A stretch of DNA of 64,000 bases, from positions 259,245 to 323,244 of the forward strand of contig OY762964.1 of NCBI GenBank assembly GCA_963667035.1. The letters are read 5' to 3'. The DNA is from Candidatus Cloacimonadales bacterium. GTDB lineage: Bacteria; Cloacimonadota; Cloacimonadia; Cloacimonadales; JAFGVF01. The notes beneath the pieces are model-generated. The model searched no databases, was not told where the DNA came from, and was given only the letters and a program-made list of their open reading frames with translations. A program made the translations under genes and the position numbers. Below are positions 9,955 to 18,803 of this stretch, one piece after another (the stretch's first letter is position 1; each line of letters starts with the position of its first letter).

Positions 9955-11514
9955 TTATTTTGCAACAGCTACCTGTCTGGTTTCTCTGATAACGGTTACT
10001 TTTATCTGTCCGGGATATTGAACATCCTTTTCAATCTTTTCTGCAATGTCATTTGCTATGAAAGGAGTCTTTGTATCGTCAATCTCAGAAGGCTCAACGA
10101 TAATCCTTAACTCTCTACCTGCTTGAATAGCGTAGGTTTTAGTTACACCTTCAACTGAACTTGCAATTTCCTCAAGTTGTTCAAGACGTTTCATATAACT
10201 TTCAAGCATTTCTCTTCTGGCTCCGGGACGAGCACCTGATATAGCATCACATGCTTGTACAAGCGGTGCATAAACGGAGATAGGCTCAACATCTTCGTGA
10301 TGAGCTTCAACAGCATTGATAATAATCTTACTTTCACCGTTCTTTCTAACAATATTAGCACCGATTGCTGCATGAGAACCTTCAAATTCATGGTCAACAG
10401 CTTTCCCGATATCATGCAAAAGAGCAGCTCTTCTAGCTATTTGTTGATTTAATCCAAGCTCTGCAGCCATTATTCCACACATCCAAGCAGCTTCAATTGA
10501 GTGCTGAAGGATATTCTGACCATAACTGGTTCTATAGTGGAGCCTACCCAGCAGTTTAATTAGGTTTGGAGACAAATTGTGTATGTTTGCTTCGAGAGAT
10601 GCTTTCTCACCAATTTTAACAAGATTCTCATCCATCTCTTTTGCAGTTTTTTCAATAACTTCTTCTATTCTTCCCGGATGAATTCTACCATCCATGATAA
10701 GCTTCTCAAGAGCTAGTCTTGCTATTTCTCTACGTACAGGATCGAAGCAAGACAGTACAACAGCTTCAGGAGTATCATCAATGATTAAGTCAACACCGGA
10801 TGCTTTCTCGAAAGCTCTAATGTTTCTTCCTTCACGTCCGATAATTCTACCTTTCATTTCATCTCCTGGTAGAGAAACTACTGCAACAGTACTTTCGGAT
10901 ACATGGTCAACAGCCATTCTTTGAATTGATAAAGAAAGTATTTCCGCAGTTTTTTTGGCGGCGTCATTCTTAGTTTGGTTAATCATTTCACGAACTTCAC
11001 CGGAGATTCTCTTTTTAACTCCATCAATAAGTTCTGATTTTAACTGACCTGAAGCTTCTTCTCTTGTCATTCCGGCAATTTCAATGAGCTTTGTTTCTTG
11101 CTCTTGAATGAGCCCATCAAGTTGCTTATCTCTTTTACCAATATTTAACTCCAACTCTTTGAGTTGGCCTTCTTGTTTTTGGAGATTACTTTCTTTTTTG
11201 TCTAGAGACTCGATTCTCTTCTCAAGTTTTGTTACACGTTCATTATAAGTGTTTTCTTGAGTTCTAAGCTCTTTCTGTCTGTCTTTGATTTCATCTTCGT
11301 AAACTTTCTTGGTTTTGTACCAATCTTCTTTAGCTTCGAGAATTGTTTCTTTTCGTATGGAAGCTTTCTCATTGTTAGCTTCTTCAATTATTTTATCTGC
11401 CTGGTCTTTAGCGGTAAAGATTATAGCCTTTGAACGCTGTTTGAGGATAATAAAAAGAATACCTGCCCCGATTAGTCCTATAACTAATCCGATTAGAATA
11501 TAAACAATATTCAT
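9955..11514 (-). CDS. rny: ribonuclease Y
   Basis: N-terminal TM helix, long coiled coil, KH domain ([15 protein letters not shown]) and HD domain (LLHDIGKA). Start set at MNIVYILIG (11514) because the upstream 29 codons overlap a structured non-coding segment. Confidence 0.9.
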   Translation of the reverse strand: MNIVYILIGLVIGLIGAGILFIILKQRSKAIIFTAKDQADKIIEEANNEKASIRKETILEAKEDWYKTKKVYEDEIKDRQKELRTQENTYNERVTKLEKRIESLDKKESNLQKQEGQLKELELNIGKRDKQLDGLIQEQETKLIEIAGMTREEASGQLKSELIDGVKKRISGEVREMINQTKNDAAKKTAEILSLSIQRMAVDHVSESTVAVVSLPGDEMKGRIIGREGRNIRAFEKASGVDLIIDDTPEAVVLSCFDPVRREIARLALEKLIMDGRIHPGRIEEVIEKTAKEMDENLVKIGEKASLEANIHNLSPNLIKLLGRLHYRTSYGQNILQHSIEAAWMCGIMAAELGLNQQIARRAALLHDIGKAVDHEFEGSHAAIGANIVRKNGESKIIINAVEAHHEDVEPISVYAPLVQACDAISGARPGARREMLESYMKRLEQLEEIASSVEGVTKTYAIQAGRELRIIVEPSEIDDTKTPFIANDIAEKIEKDVQYPGQIKVTVIRETRQVAVAK

Positions 11515-11537
11515 CGTTTTCCCTTTTTGAATATAAA

Positions 11538-11710
11538 CTCTACCCGCTGTACCGTGTTTGTTTGACTGTTGTGAACCTTTTACAAGGTGGGTAGCGTACA
11601 AATTAGCTTTATTATTCCGGATATAACCGGCCTTAATGCCACTAGAAGCTTGCTTCCCTATTTAACATTAGTTCAAAAGCAACACAAGGTCACGAATACC
11701 GCAGGCAGAT
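11538..11710 (-). ncRNA. candidate 6S RNA (ssrS-like) or other structured RNA in the zapA-rny gap
   Basis: About 173 nt starting right after the zapA stop. The 5' end UCUGCCUGCGGUAUUCGUG pairs with the 3' end CACGGUACAGCGGGUAGA (about 17 bp). This stem includes G-U pairs that exist only on the minus-strand transcript. Interior contains an asymmetric loop and an apical CCGG-UUAUAU-CCGG hairpin. zapA-ssrS adjacency is classical in E. coli. Confidence 0.45.
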
Positions 11711-11711
11711 G

Positions 11712-11981
11712 TTAAATATTATCGTTTAATAAGGAATCCGTAGCATTAAACAAAGATAATTCAGATCGAACAGATTCTAATTCCCCTCTCAATTTGAGAA
11801 ATTCCTCAGTAAGAATCATTGAAAATAGTACTAATAACTTATCTCTATCAAGCTCATTAAACTTATTGGCAAGCTTGTTTAATTCAGAATTTATATATAG
11901 TTCTAATTGTCTCGTATTCTCGGCAGAGTCGGTTTTCATCTGGTATCTTCGACCGAAGATGTCAACGCTTATTGATTCCAT
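11712..11981 (-). CDS. zapA: cell division protein ZapA
   Basis: 89 aa. The N-terminus ISVDIFGRRYQMKTDSAENTRQLELYINSELNKL follows the ZapA pattern (xVxIxGxxYxl...). Confidence 0.75.
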   Translation of the reverse strand: MESISVDIFGRRYQMKTDSAENTRQLELYINSELNKLANKFNELDRDKLLVLFSMILTEEFLKLRGELESVRSELSLFNATDSLLNDNI

Positions 11982-11990
11982 AGTTTATTT

Positions 11991-12356
11991 CTATACTTCG
12001 TCTAATAACGGTAAAATATCTTGTAGTTTCTCAGAAATACTATTAGCTTTATTGTTAGCTTCTAGCAATGTATTTCCAAGGTTTTCTTTTTCTGCAGTTA
12101 TAGTTGCAACCTTATTTTCAAGGTCGGCTTTAAGAGTTTCGAGTTCGGTAATTCTTTCATTTGCAATTTCAAGTTCAAGAATCTTTTCATCTCTAGTATT
12201 TTCAATTGAACTCAGTTGATTTTTTAATTCTTCATGCTCATCTCTCAAAGCGGCATGTTTTTCTTTTAATGATTTAAAGCCATCTATTAACCTCTGAATC
12301 TGTTGCCCTAAAGCACTGTCATTCTGAGGGGTAGTCTGTTGTTGGTTGTCAAACAT
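11991..12356 (-). CDS. coiled-coil protein, ZapB-like (function uncertain)
   Basis: 121 aa, almost entirely heptad-repeat coiled coil, directly upstream of zapA and 5 nt downstream of pheT. Confidence 0.45.
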   Translation of the reverse strand: MFDNQQQTTPQNDSALGQQIQRLIDGFKSLKEKHAALRDEHEELKNQLSSIENTRDEKILELEIANERITELETLKADLENKVATITAEKENLGNTLLEANNKANSISEKLQDILPLLDEV

Positions 12357-12361
12357 ATATC

Positions 12362-14764
12362 TTACCTCATTTTGATATTAAATTGCTGTTCTAACAGCTT
12401 AAGAATTTTTTTGAAAAGGTTCTCGATTAAGTTATCTGTCAATGTTTTTTTCTCCGACCCAAAGATTATTGAGAAGGTTAAACTTCGACTTCCGTACTCG
12501 ATACCTTTTCCTTTATATTCATCAATGAGTTTTACTTCCTTGATAATTGAGGGATTAACAGATTTAATCGCTTTCTCTATATTCTCAATAGTGATTTCTA
12601 CTGATGATAGGAAAGATAAATCTCTTCTAATTAGCGGGAACTTTGAAGGTTCAACAAACTCCCTCGGGCTTGTTGAAGAGTTCGTCAGCATTTCTGTAAG
12701 ATTAAAATCAAAAACAAATATGTCCTGCTTAAAATCAAGAATATTGATTCCGAAATTTTCTACCACTTGAGGGTTTAACTTCCCTATCCTACCTATAACC
12801 ACATCTCCTTTGGAGATCTCCAAAGACATGTTACCGACAAAATACGGTTCTTCACAAGCTTGGAACTTAGTATCTTGAATCTTCAAAGCATCAATAATCT
12901 CTTCGGCAATTCCTTTAACATCAAAGAAATCTATGTTATTGGTTCCGTCTTGCCAATATTGATTTGTGCGATTACCGGTCATAAGACCTGATAACCGGTA
13001 GTTTTCATTGTATTGGTTATCAATATTATGGTATACTTTGTTTATTTCAAAAGTTTTAATATCCTGAGAGCCTCTATTCATATTGTAAAGAGCAATTTTA
13101 ATTTGGTCAGTTATCAGATTGGTTCTCAAGATTGATGTGTCTGTCCCTTGTGGATTGATAAGTTTCACAGCTTTTCTTAGATAAGCATCATCGGACAGCT
13201 TCAGTTTATCCAAATCTTCAGGATTAGCAAAGGACAGTGTAACGGTATCGTAGAAACGATTATTTATTAATAAGTCCTGAAGTTTTCGCTTGGCATTAAA
13301 CAGTGCATGATTCATTATTCTTTGTGGTTTTAAACGTTGCTCAACGTTATTATAACCATGAAGTCGAATAATCTCTTCAATCAGGTCAATTTCTCTGGTT
13401 AAATCATTACGATAAGAAGGAATTTCAAAGAATAAAGTATTGTTCTTATCTTCTTGGAATTTAAGTCCTAGATTCTGTAAATAGGCAATAATAGTGCTGT
13501 TATCAAGATTAATGGTGAGTACTTTTTTGACTCTCTCAGGTCTTAATCCAACAATTTGAGGAGTTAGCTTAGCGCTTCCTTTATCAAGACTTCCTTTAAC
13601 AATTTTACCACCGGATAACTCTGCTATAAGTTCACAAGTCCTTTCACTTATAACATCACAAGTTTCCGGACTTAAACCTCTTTCAAATCTATATGAGGAA
13701 TCGGTAAACACTTTATGTTTATAAGAACTTTTCCTAACTGTAGGATACTCAAAGCAAGCAGCCTCAACAACAATATTAACAGTCTTATCGTGAATACTCT
13801 TTTCATTTCCTCCGATAATTCCGGCTAATGCAATCGGACCGTCACTGTCTGCAATGACAAGGTCATCGTTAGTAAGATAATAAGTCTCATTATTCAGGGC
13901 GGTAAGCTTTTCACCTTCGACAGCATTTCTAATAATTATCTTTTTATCAGTTAAAAGATCATAATCAAAGGCATGTATAGGATGACCCCATTCCATCATC
14001 ACATAGTTTGTAGCATCAACTATGTTATTGATAGGTCTCATTCCTATAGCTGTCAAATAACGTTTTAACCAGTCCGGAGATTCTTTAATCTCAACGTTTT
14101 TAATGATTCTAGCTTTATATCGAGGGCATTTATCAGTAGCCTCAATATCCAGAGTTAACAAATCTTCAATTTTCTCTTCATCTTCTTGAAATACAGGAGT
14201 TTGAAGTTTTAGGGGGATGTTCAATAGGGCGGATAAATCACGAGCGACTCCAACCATTCCAAGAAGATCAGGTCTGTTAGGAGTAATTTCCACTTCATAG
14301 ACAGTGTCTTCTAACTCGTAATAAGTAGCTAAATCAGTTCCGATAGGGGCATCAGCAGGAAGCTCAATAATTCCGTCATGATTATCGGATAATTCCAGTT
14401 CTTTCTCAGAACAAATCATGCCTAAAGATTGATAGCCTCGAAGTTTTGCTTTCTTAATTTTAAACTCTCCAAGAATAGTGCCAACAGGAGCAAAAGCTAC
14501 TTTCAATCCTGTTCTAACATTTGGAGCACCACAAACAACCTGGACGGTCTCTGAACCGTCATTTACTTGGCATAAGCTTAAATGGTCAGAGTCAGGCATC
14601 TTTTCGCAATTTAACACTTCTGCAATCTTAATTTGCTTTTGTAAATTACCACTCTTTTCAACTGCTTCAACTTCGATTCCGGCAAAAGTTAATCTATCTT
14701 CAAGCTCTTCCGGAGTGAGCTTCAAATCTATGTATTGTTTTAGCCAATTATAACTAATCCGCAT
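12362..14764 (-). CDS. pheT: phenylalanine--tRNA ligase beta subunit
   Basis: 800 aa. MRISYNWLKQYIDL N-terminus, tRNA-binding, B3/4, B5 and FDX-ACB regions readable. Confidence 0.95.
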   Translation of the reverse strand: MRISYNWLKQYIDLKLTPEELEDRLTFAGIEVEAVEKSGNLQKQIKIAEVLNCEKMPDSDHLSLCQVNDGSETVQVVCGAPNVRTGLKVAFAPVGTILGEFKIKKAKLRGYQSLGMICSEKELELSDNHDGIIELPADAPIGTDLATYYELEDTVYEVEITPNRPDLLGMVGVARDLSALLNIPLKLQTPVFQEDEEKIEDLLTLDIEATDKCPRYKARIIKNVEIKESPDWLKRYLTAIGMRPINNIVDATNYVMMEWGHPIHAFDYDLLTDKKIIIRNAVEGEKLTALNNETYYLTNDDLVIADSDGPIALAGIIGGNEKSIHDKTVNIVVEAACFEYPTVRKSSYKHKVFTDSSYRFERGLSPETCDVISERTCELIAELSGGKIVKGSLDKGSAKLTPQIVGLRPERVKKVLTINLDNSTIIAYLQNLGLKFQEDKNNTLFFEIPSYRNDLTREIDLIEEIIRLHGYNNVEQRLKPQRIMNHALFNAKRKLQDLLINNRFYDTVTLSFANPEDLDKLKLSDDAYLRKAVKLINPQGTDTSILRTNLITDQIKIALYNMNRGSQDIKTFEINKVYHNIDNQYNENYRLSGLMTGNRTNQYWQDGTNNIDFFDVKGIAEEIIDALKIQDTKFQACEEPYFVGNMSLEISKGDVVIGRIGKLNPQVVENFGINILDFKQDIFVFDFNLTEMLTNSSTSPREFVEPSKFPLIRRDLSFLSSVEITIENIEKAIKSVNPSIIKEVKLIDEYKGKGIEYGSRSLTFSIIFGSEKKTLTDNLIENLFKKILKLLEQQFNIKMR

Positions 14765-14781
14765 TATCTATCCCGTATATA

Positions 14782-15813
14782 TTAATTTTCGTTTCTGAAC
14801 TGTTTTAAAACTCTTAAATCATTTTCGTAAAGTACTCTGATATCTCTTATTTTATACTTAAGCATTGCAATACGATCGATTCCCAATCCAAAAGCAAAGC
14901 CCGTGTATTTTTCAGGATCAATTCCGGTCATTTCGAATACATTGGGATCAACCATTCCTGCTCCACCCATTTCAATCCAACCGCTGTCCTTACAAATCCG
15001 GCAACCGCTTCCACCGCAGCCTATGCAACTAATATCAATTTCGGCGCTTGGCTCTGTAAATGGGAAGAAATGAGGTCTAATCCTCGATTTAGTACCGGGA
15101 CCAAACATCTTAACAACAAACTGATTCAATGTGTCTTTCAAATCTGCAAAGGTAACATTCTCATCCACATAAAGCGCTTCCACCTGATGGAAAACAGGTG
15201 AGTGAGTTGCATCAATCTTATCATTTCTATAGGCTCTACCCGGAGAAATGATACGGATTGGTGGCTCAAACTTCTCCATAGTTCTGATTTGTACCGGAGA
15301 AGTATGAGTTCTCAGCAAAAGATTGTTTTCAACATAGAAGGTATCTGCCAGATTCCTGGACGGATGGTCCTTAGGGGTGTTCAGAGCGTCAAAGTTATGA
15401 AATTCATCTTCTATGTCAGTGCCTTCAGCTATCTCGAAACCGAGACTCATGAAAGCATCTTCAATCTCACGCCAAACTAGAGTGAGAGGATGGAGAGACC
15501 CTTTATTAAAGCGTCTGCCCGGCATTGTTAAATCAATTGAAACATCCTTATTCTGGCGAGTAATCTCAGCACTCTTCAGCTCTGTTTGTTTCTCTGTTAT
15601 CAATTTATCAAGTGCTTTTTTGGCATCATTTATAGCCTTACCAAAAGCAGGTCTCTCTTCGGGACTAAGTTCCTTCAGCTTAAGCATAAGCTGACTTAGC
15701 TCACTCTTTTTCCCTAAAAAAGTGGATTTAAGATTTAACAGTTCAGGCACCTTACTTGCCTTGGTTACCTTTCCCTCTGCTAACTCAATAATCCTTTTAA
15801 GCTTTTCTTTCAC
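14782..15813 (-). CDS. pheS: phenylalanine--tRNA ligase alpha subunit
   Basis: Class II motifs (HPLT.., FRNDKIDATHSPVFHQVE, GFAFGLGIDRIAML). Confidence 0.95.
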   Translation of the reverse strand: MKEKLKRIIELAEGKVTKASKVPELLNLKSTFLGKKSELSQLMLKLKELSPEERPAFGKAINDAKKALDKLITEKQTELKSAEITRQNKDVSIDLTMPGRRFNKGSLHPLTLVWREIEDAFMSLGFEIAEGTDIEDEFHNFDALNTPKDHPSRNLADTFYVENNLLLRTHTSPVQIRTMEKFEPPIRIISPGRAYRNDKIDATHSPVFHQVEALYVDENVTFADLKDTLNQFVVKMFGPGTKSRIRPHFFPFTEPSAEIDISCIGCGGSGCRICKDSGWIEMGGAGMVDPNVFEMTGIDPEKYTGFAFGLGIDRIAMLKYKIRDIRVLYENDLRVLKQFRNEN

Positions 15814-15818
15814 TGTAT

Positions 15819-16169
15819 TTATTCACCTTTAGCAAGCTGACAAACACGTGCGAAAGCTTCAGCATCATGCCAAGCTAAATGAGCAAGAACCTTACGGTTA
15901 ATGCGAATTTCAGCTTTATGTAAACCGTTAATCAATTGGCTGTAAGATAAGCCATTGATTCTGCTGGCTGCATTGATACGAGTAATCCAGAGACGACGGA
16001 AATTACGTTTCCTTTGTTTTCTATCTCTATAAGCGTATGTCCAACCTTTTTCTACAGTTTGGCGAGCTGTTTTATATCTGGTTCTTCTTGATGCGAAGTA
16101 ACCCTTGGCGGCTTTTAAGTATGTTTTTTTTCTTCTTTTAGCGGCAACATTATTTACTGAACGTGGCAT
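15819..16169 (-). CDS. rplT: 50S ribosomal protein L20
   Basis: MPRSVNNVAAKRRKK...RDRKQRKRNFRRLWITRINAA, canonical L20. Confidence 0.95.
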   Translation of the reverse strand: MPRSVNNVAAKRRKKTYLKAAKGYFASRRTRYKTARQTVEKGWTYAYRDRKQRKRNFRRLWITRINAASRINGLSYSQLINGLHKAEIRINRKVLAHLAWHDAEAFARVCQLAKGE

Positions 16170-16193
16170 TTCATTCTCCTTTAATTTCTTTCT

Positions 16194-16388
16194 TTAGCAA
16201 CCAATCATCTTTTTGATTCTTGGAACGTCAACGTTAACAACTATCGCAGAATCTCTGAGGTTTCTTTTAAGCTTTCTGCTTTTCTTGGTTTTAATATGAG
16301 CTGCTTTTGCATGATGACGTTTTACCTTACCGGTACCGGTTACTTTGAATCTTTTTGCCGCTGCTCTATGAGTTTTGATTTTAGGCAT
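16194..16388 (-). CDS. rpmI: 50S ribosomal protein L35
   Basis: [24 protein letters not shown].., canonical L35. Confidence 0.95.
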   Translation of the reverse strand: MPKIKTHRAAAKRFKVTGTGKVKRHHAKAAHIKTKKSRKLKRNLRDSAIVVNVDVPRIKKMIGC

Positions 16389-16408
16389 TATTCCTCCTCA
16401 ATCTTCGT

Positions 16409-17035
16409 CTATTCGTTTGTCTCTTCCTGAGTTTCATCAGTGTCTATGTCTTCGATTACAACACCTTTTTGTTCCAGAATTTTGTCGATTTCCTTCTTAG
16501 GACTAACTACCATTGACAATAAGTTTCTGTCACTTCTTGGTTTTGAATCCACATCTATAAAATCTTTTAGATCTTCGGTAATGCGTTCAAGAAGCTCGAA
16601 TCCTCTGTCCTTATGTGCCATCTGGCGACCACGGAATCTTACGGTAAACTTCACTTTATTGTGCTGTTTAAGGAACCTCATGGCATTCTTAGTTTTGAAA
16701 TTATAGTCATGCTCTTCAGTGTTGGGACCGAACTTAACCTCTTTCACCTGAACCACATGCTGTTTCTTTCTGGCATCGCGTGCCTTGCGCTCTTTTTCAT
16801 AGTAATACTTACTGAAATCAAGTATTCTGCATACAGGGGGTGTTGCCTTTGGAGAAATCTCCACTAAATCAAGTCCGGCTTCTTCAGCTTTTTTCAAAGC
16901 CATTTTTACACTTACAACTCCGACCTGTTTTCCGTCTGCATCGATCAATCTTACTTCTCGTGCTGTAATTTGATCATTAATGTTTTCTTTTGGGACGACT
17001 TCTTTAGTCTTAGCCTTCCCTTTGCGTATCCGAAT
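16409..17035 (-). CDS. infC: translation initiation factor IF-3, non-AUG start
   Basis: The track ORF starts at a TTG (16948), which would delete the conserved N-terminal INDQITAREVRLID segment. That segment is in frame upstream. AGGAGG at 17050-17045 is followed by in-frame ATT (17041), ATA (17038) and ATT (17035), with no ATG/GTG/TTG. The AUU at 17035 has 9-nt SD spacing; 17038 and 17041 are alternatives. Confidence 0.85.
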   Translation of the reverse strand: MRIRKGKAKTKEVVPKENINDQITAREVRLIDADGKQVGVVSVKMALKKAEEAGLDLVEISPKATPPVCRILDFSKYYYEKERKARDARKKQHVVQVKEVKFGPNTEEHDYNFKTKNAMRFLKQHNKVKFTVRFRGRQMAHKDRGFELLERITEDLKDFIDVDSKPRSDRNLLSMVVSPKKEIDKILEQKGVVIEDIDTDETQEETNE

Positions 17036-17080
17036 TATAATAAACCTCCTGTGTTTATCCTTGTTAATTCTTTCGCCAAT

Positions 17081-17106
17081 AAAAAAAGGCGGTATTACCG
17101 CCTGCT
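17081..17106 (-). terminator. intrinsic terminator about 30 nt upstream of the infC RBS (possible attenuator)
   Basis: Minus strand AGGCGGU-AAU-ACCGCCU followed by U7, preceded by another hairpin CUACCUUAC...GUAAGGUUAG (about 17113-17148). Confidence 0.6.
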
Positions 17107-17402
17107 TAAAATAGAGTTAACTTCTATTTATCACTAACCTTACACATACTATTGCAATGGTAAGGTAGAAGCAGACAGCTTCATTTCCTTAATGACATAT
17201 ACAAGATTTATGAATGCGTAACTACGTCAAGAAAAAAGAATTAATTAACGTTGTGGACTCAGTTGACTTAGTAGGAGGAGCTATAAAAGTAAAACTCGAG
17301 GTCAAATGGTTCAAACAGAGAATATTTTTAAGTAAAATCCTTTGATCTCATTTCTAAGATGGAAGATAACTGAGTCTCTGCTCTCTTTCTGCAAATGAAT
17401 AA

Positions 17403-17525
17403 CCAAAACGCAGTTTTCCCACTGGTTCTGCACTGTGAAGGCACTGCCCACGCACTGAAACACCGGGTTGGTACTGGAGTCACAGTGCGTGCACAGTGCA
17501 AAAACAGTGAGTTATTAGTTTGTGG
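17403..17525 (-). repeat. GC-rich island with 11-bp-phased GCACTG / CAGTGC hexamer array; also foldable as a rod-like hairpin
   Basis: CACTG at 17420, 17431, 17442 and 17453 (exact 11-nt spacing), and CAGTG at 17483, 17494 and 17505 (exact 11-nt spacing). Perfect 9-bp pairings TGCACTGTG/CACAGTGCA and CACGCACTG/CAGTGCGTG. A C-A mismatch on the plus strand becomes a G-U pair on the minus strand. Confidence 0.5.
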
Positions 17526-17591
17526 AGTGAAAGAGAAGGAAAATAGCGTAAGTTGTTGCAAATTGCACTGCTTATGGATACACATTCACTT

Positions 17592-17628
17592 AAAAGCAAA
17601 AAAGGCTGTTGAATATCTCAACAACCTT
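17592..17628 (-). terminator. rho-independent terminator of the Nif3-family gene
   Basis: Minus strand AAGGUUGUUGA-GAUAU-UCAACAGCCUU followed by UUUUUUGCUUUU. One pair is G-U on the minus strand but C-A on the plus strand. Confidence 0.65.
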
Positions 17629-17689
17629 TAAAAATCTTTGTCGTGATTAACGATAGATAATACAGAAACTAATCTTAATCAGTTACGAA

Positions 17690-18778
17690 CTATATACTCT
17701 CCAGAGTAGTATACTCATGCTCATCAAGAGTTAGGTATTCGAACTCTAGCTCATCACAGGACAGATAGTTCTCAAGTTTCTTAAGTACAGGATACTCAGT
17801 AAATAGATGTCCCGCATCGATCAAAGGGAGTTTACTGTCCAGAATAGTATGGTAAGTGAGGTCGGCAGTTACAAGAATATCAGCTTTACCAATAGCTTTT
17901 CCAATAACAGATGCTCCGCTTCCACCACATACGGCGACAGTAGTAACATTGGATTCTTTGCTCTTATTTCCATACCAAAGTCTTACAAACGGTGCGTTCA
18001 ATTGTTTTTTCACAAATGTTGCAAAACTTCTAAAATCAATTGGCTCAGCCAGTTTCCCAATTAATCCAAGGCTGTATGTGGGAATAGGATTCTCTACTTT
18101 AGTGATGGTATAAACCGGCTCCTCATAGGAGTGGTTAGCATGAATCACTCTCATCATTGTTGCTTTTAGAAATGATTCAGCCATGAATTCAAGTTTCACT
18201 TCTTTTACCGTAGAAAGTTCATCATTAGTTCCCAAGGTTGGATTACTTCCATGTAGAGGTTTGAAGTTACTCTCAACTTGCCAGGAGCTTGAACAACTGT
18301 CATAGAATCCTATTTTGCCTCCACCGGAATCAGCAACAGCCTTCTTAACTCTATCTAGATCTTCTTCCGGTAGATATACTTCAAATTTAAGCCAATCGGT
18401 TCCCGATTCATGTGATAATGCTTGCCAATCCGATAATCCGAGAGTTTCAGCTAGTGCAGTATTTACACCTCCGTCTACAATATCCAAATTAGTGTGCATT
18501 GAGATAACTGCTATTCTTTTTTGGATAAGTTCAATATAGACCGGATTTGTTATGCAATTTATTGCTCTGAAAATGAATGGATGGTGAGAGATAATCAAAT
18601 CCGCCTTTATCTCAATAGCTTTCTTTATAGCTTTATCCGTAACGTCAAGGGTGAGCAGTATTTTCTTTACTTCCCAATCGGGACTTCCAAGCATCAAACC
18701 TACATTATCCCAATGATAAGCAATTGCCGTAGGAGCAAGTGTGTTTAATCTATTCAATATATCTTTGATTGTTAGCAT
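17690..18778 (-). CDS. Nif3-like dinuclear metal center protein (YqfO/YbgI family)
   Basis: N-terminus ..WDNVGLMLGSPDWEVKKILLTLDVT...ADLIISHHPFIF, an inserted middle domain, and C-terminus VAVCGGSGAS...DAGH. Confidence 0.85.
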   Translation of the reverse strand: MLTIKDILNRLNTLAPTAIAYHWDNVGLMLGSPDWEVKKILLTLDVTDKAIKKAIEIKADLIISHHPFIFRAINCITNPVYIELIQKRIAVISMHTNLDIVDGGVNTALAETLGLSDWQALSHESGTDWLKFEVYLPEEDLDRVKKAVADSGGGKIGFYDSCSSSWQVESNFKPLHGSNPTLGTNDELSTVKEVKLEFMAESFLKATMMRVIHANHSYEEPVYTITKVENPIPTYSLGLIGKLAEPIDFRSFATFVKKQLNAPFVRLWYGNKSKESNVTTVAVCGGSGASVIGKAIGKADILVTADLTYHTILDSKLPLIDAGHLFTEYPVLKKLENYLSCDELEFEYLTLDEHEYTTLESI

Positions 18779-18803
18779 GAATACCTCTTAAAGTATAATC
18801 TGA

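Noticed and set aside
11515-11601. N-terminal extension of the rny ORF ([29 protein letters not shown])
   Set aside because: The extension overlaps the 3' half of the structured RNA candidate. RNase Y normally begins with its TM helix, which starts at the ATG at 11514.
11794-12770. 141-aa and 143-aa plus-strand ORFs opposite zapA/zapB-like/pheT, and similar antisense ORFs throughout (e.g. 26266-26709, 31545-31844, 57116-57454)
   Set aside because: These are shadow ORFs on the strand opposite well-supported genes in an AT-rich genome. They are low-complexity Ser/Leu/Ile-rich translations with no RBS.
16946-16948. TTG start for infC as given by the ORF track
   Set aside because: It would remove the conserved N-terminal IF3 segment that is encoded in frame upstream. 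An AGGAGG plus ATT/ATA cluster fits the known non-canonical infC start.
17461-17480. T-box-like motif GGGTTGGTAC (compare the T-box consensus GGGTGGTACCGCG) near the infC operon, where a thrS leader might be expected
   Set aside because: It is on the plus strand while all neighbouring genes are on the minus strand. It has an extra base and lacks the CCGCG end. No aminoacyl-tRNA synthetase gene lies downstream on that strand. It sits in the spacer between the two hexamer blocks of the GCACTG array.
17481-17498. CACAGTG / CACTGTG heptamers resembling V(D)J RSS or Transib terminal repeats
   Set aside because: The heptamers are simply the GCACTG array units read with a flanking base. There is no nonamer, no transposase and no TIR arrangement.
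17110-17600. Possibility that the 0.5-kb ORF-free region encodes RNase P RNA, tmRNA or SRP RNA
   Set aside because: None of the universally conserved strings is present on either strand: GGAAAGUCCGG and ACAGAA..GGCUUA for RNase P, GGGG..UUCGA ends with a tag ORF for tmRNA, and GGAAGCAGCC for SRP. Only a vague GUGAAAG..GCGUAAG resemblance was seen.
17328-17631. Two overlapping Cys-rich ORFs (85 aa minus strand, 78 aa plus strand) in the GC-rich island
   Set aside because: They are mutually antisense and have no Shine-Dalgarno sequence. Their composition is driven by the GCACTG/CAGTGC repeats. The plus-strand ORF runs into the nif3 terminator hairpin.
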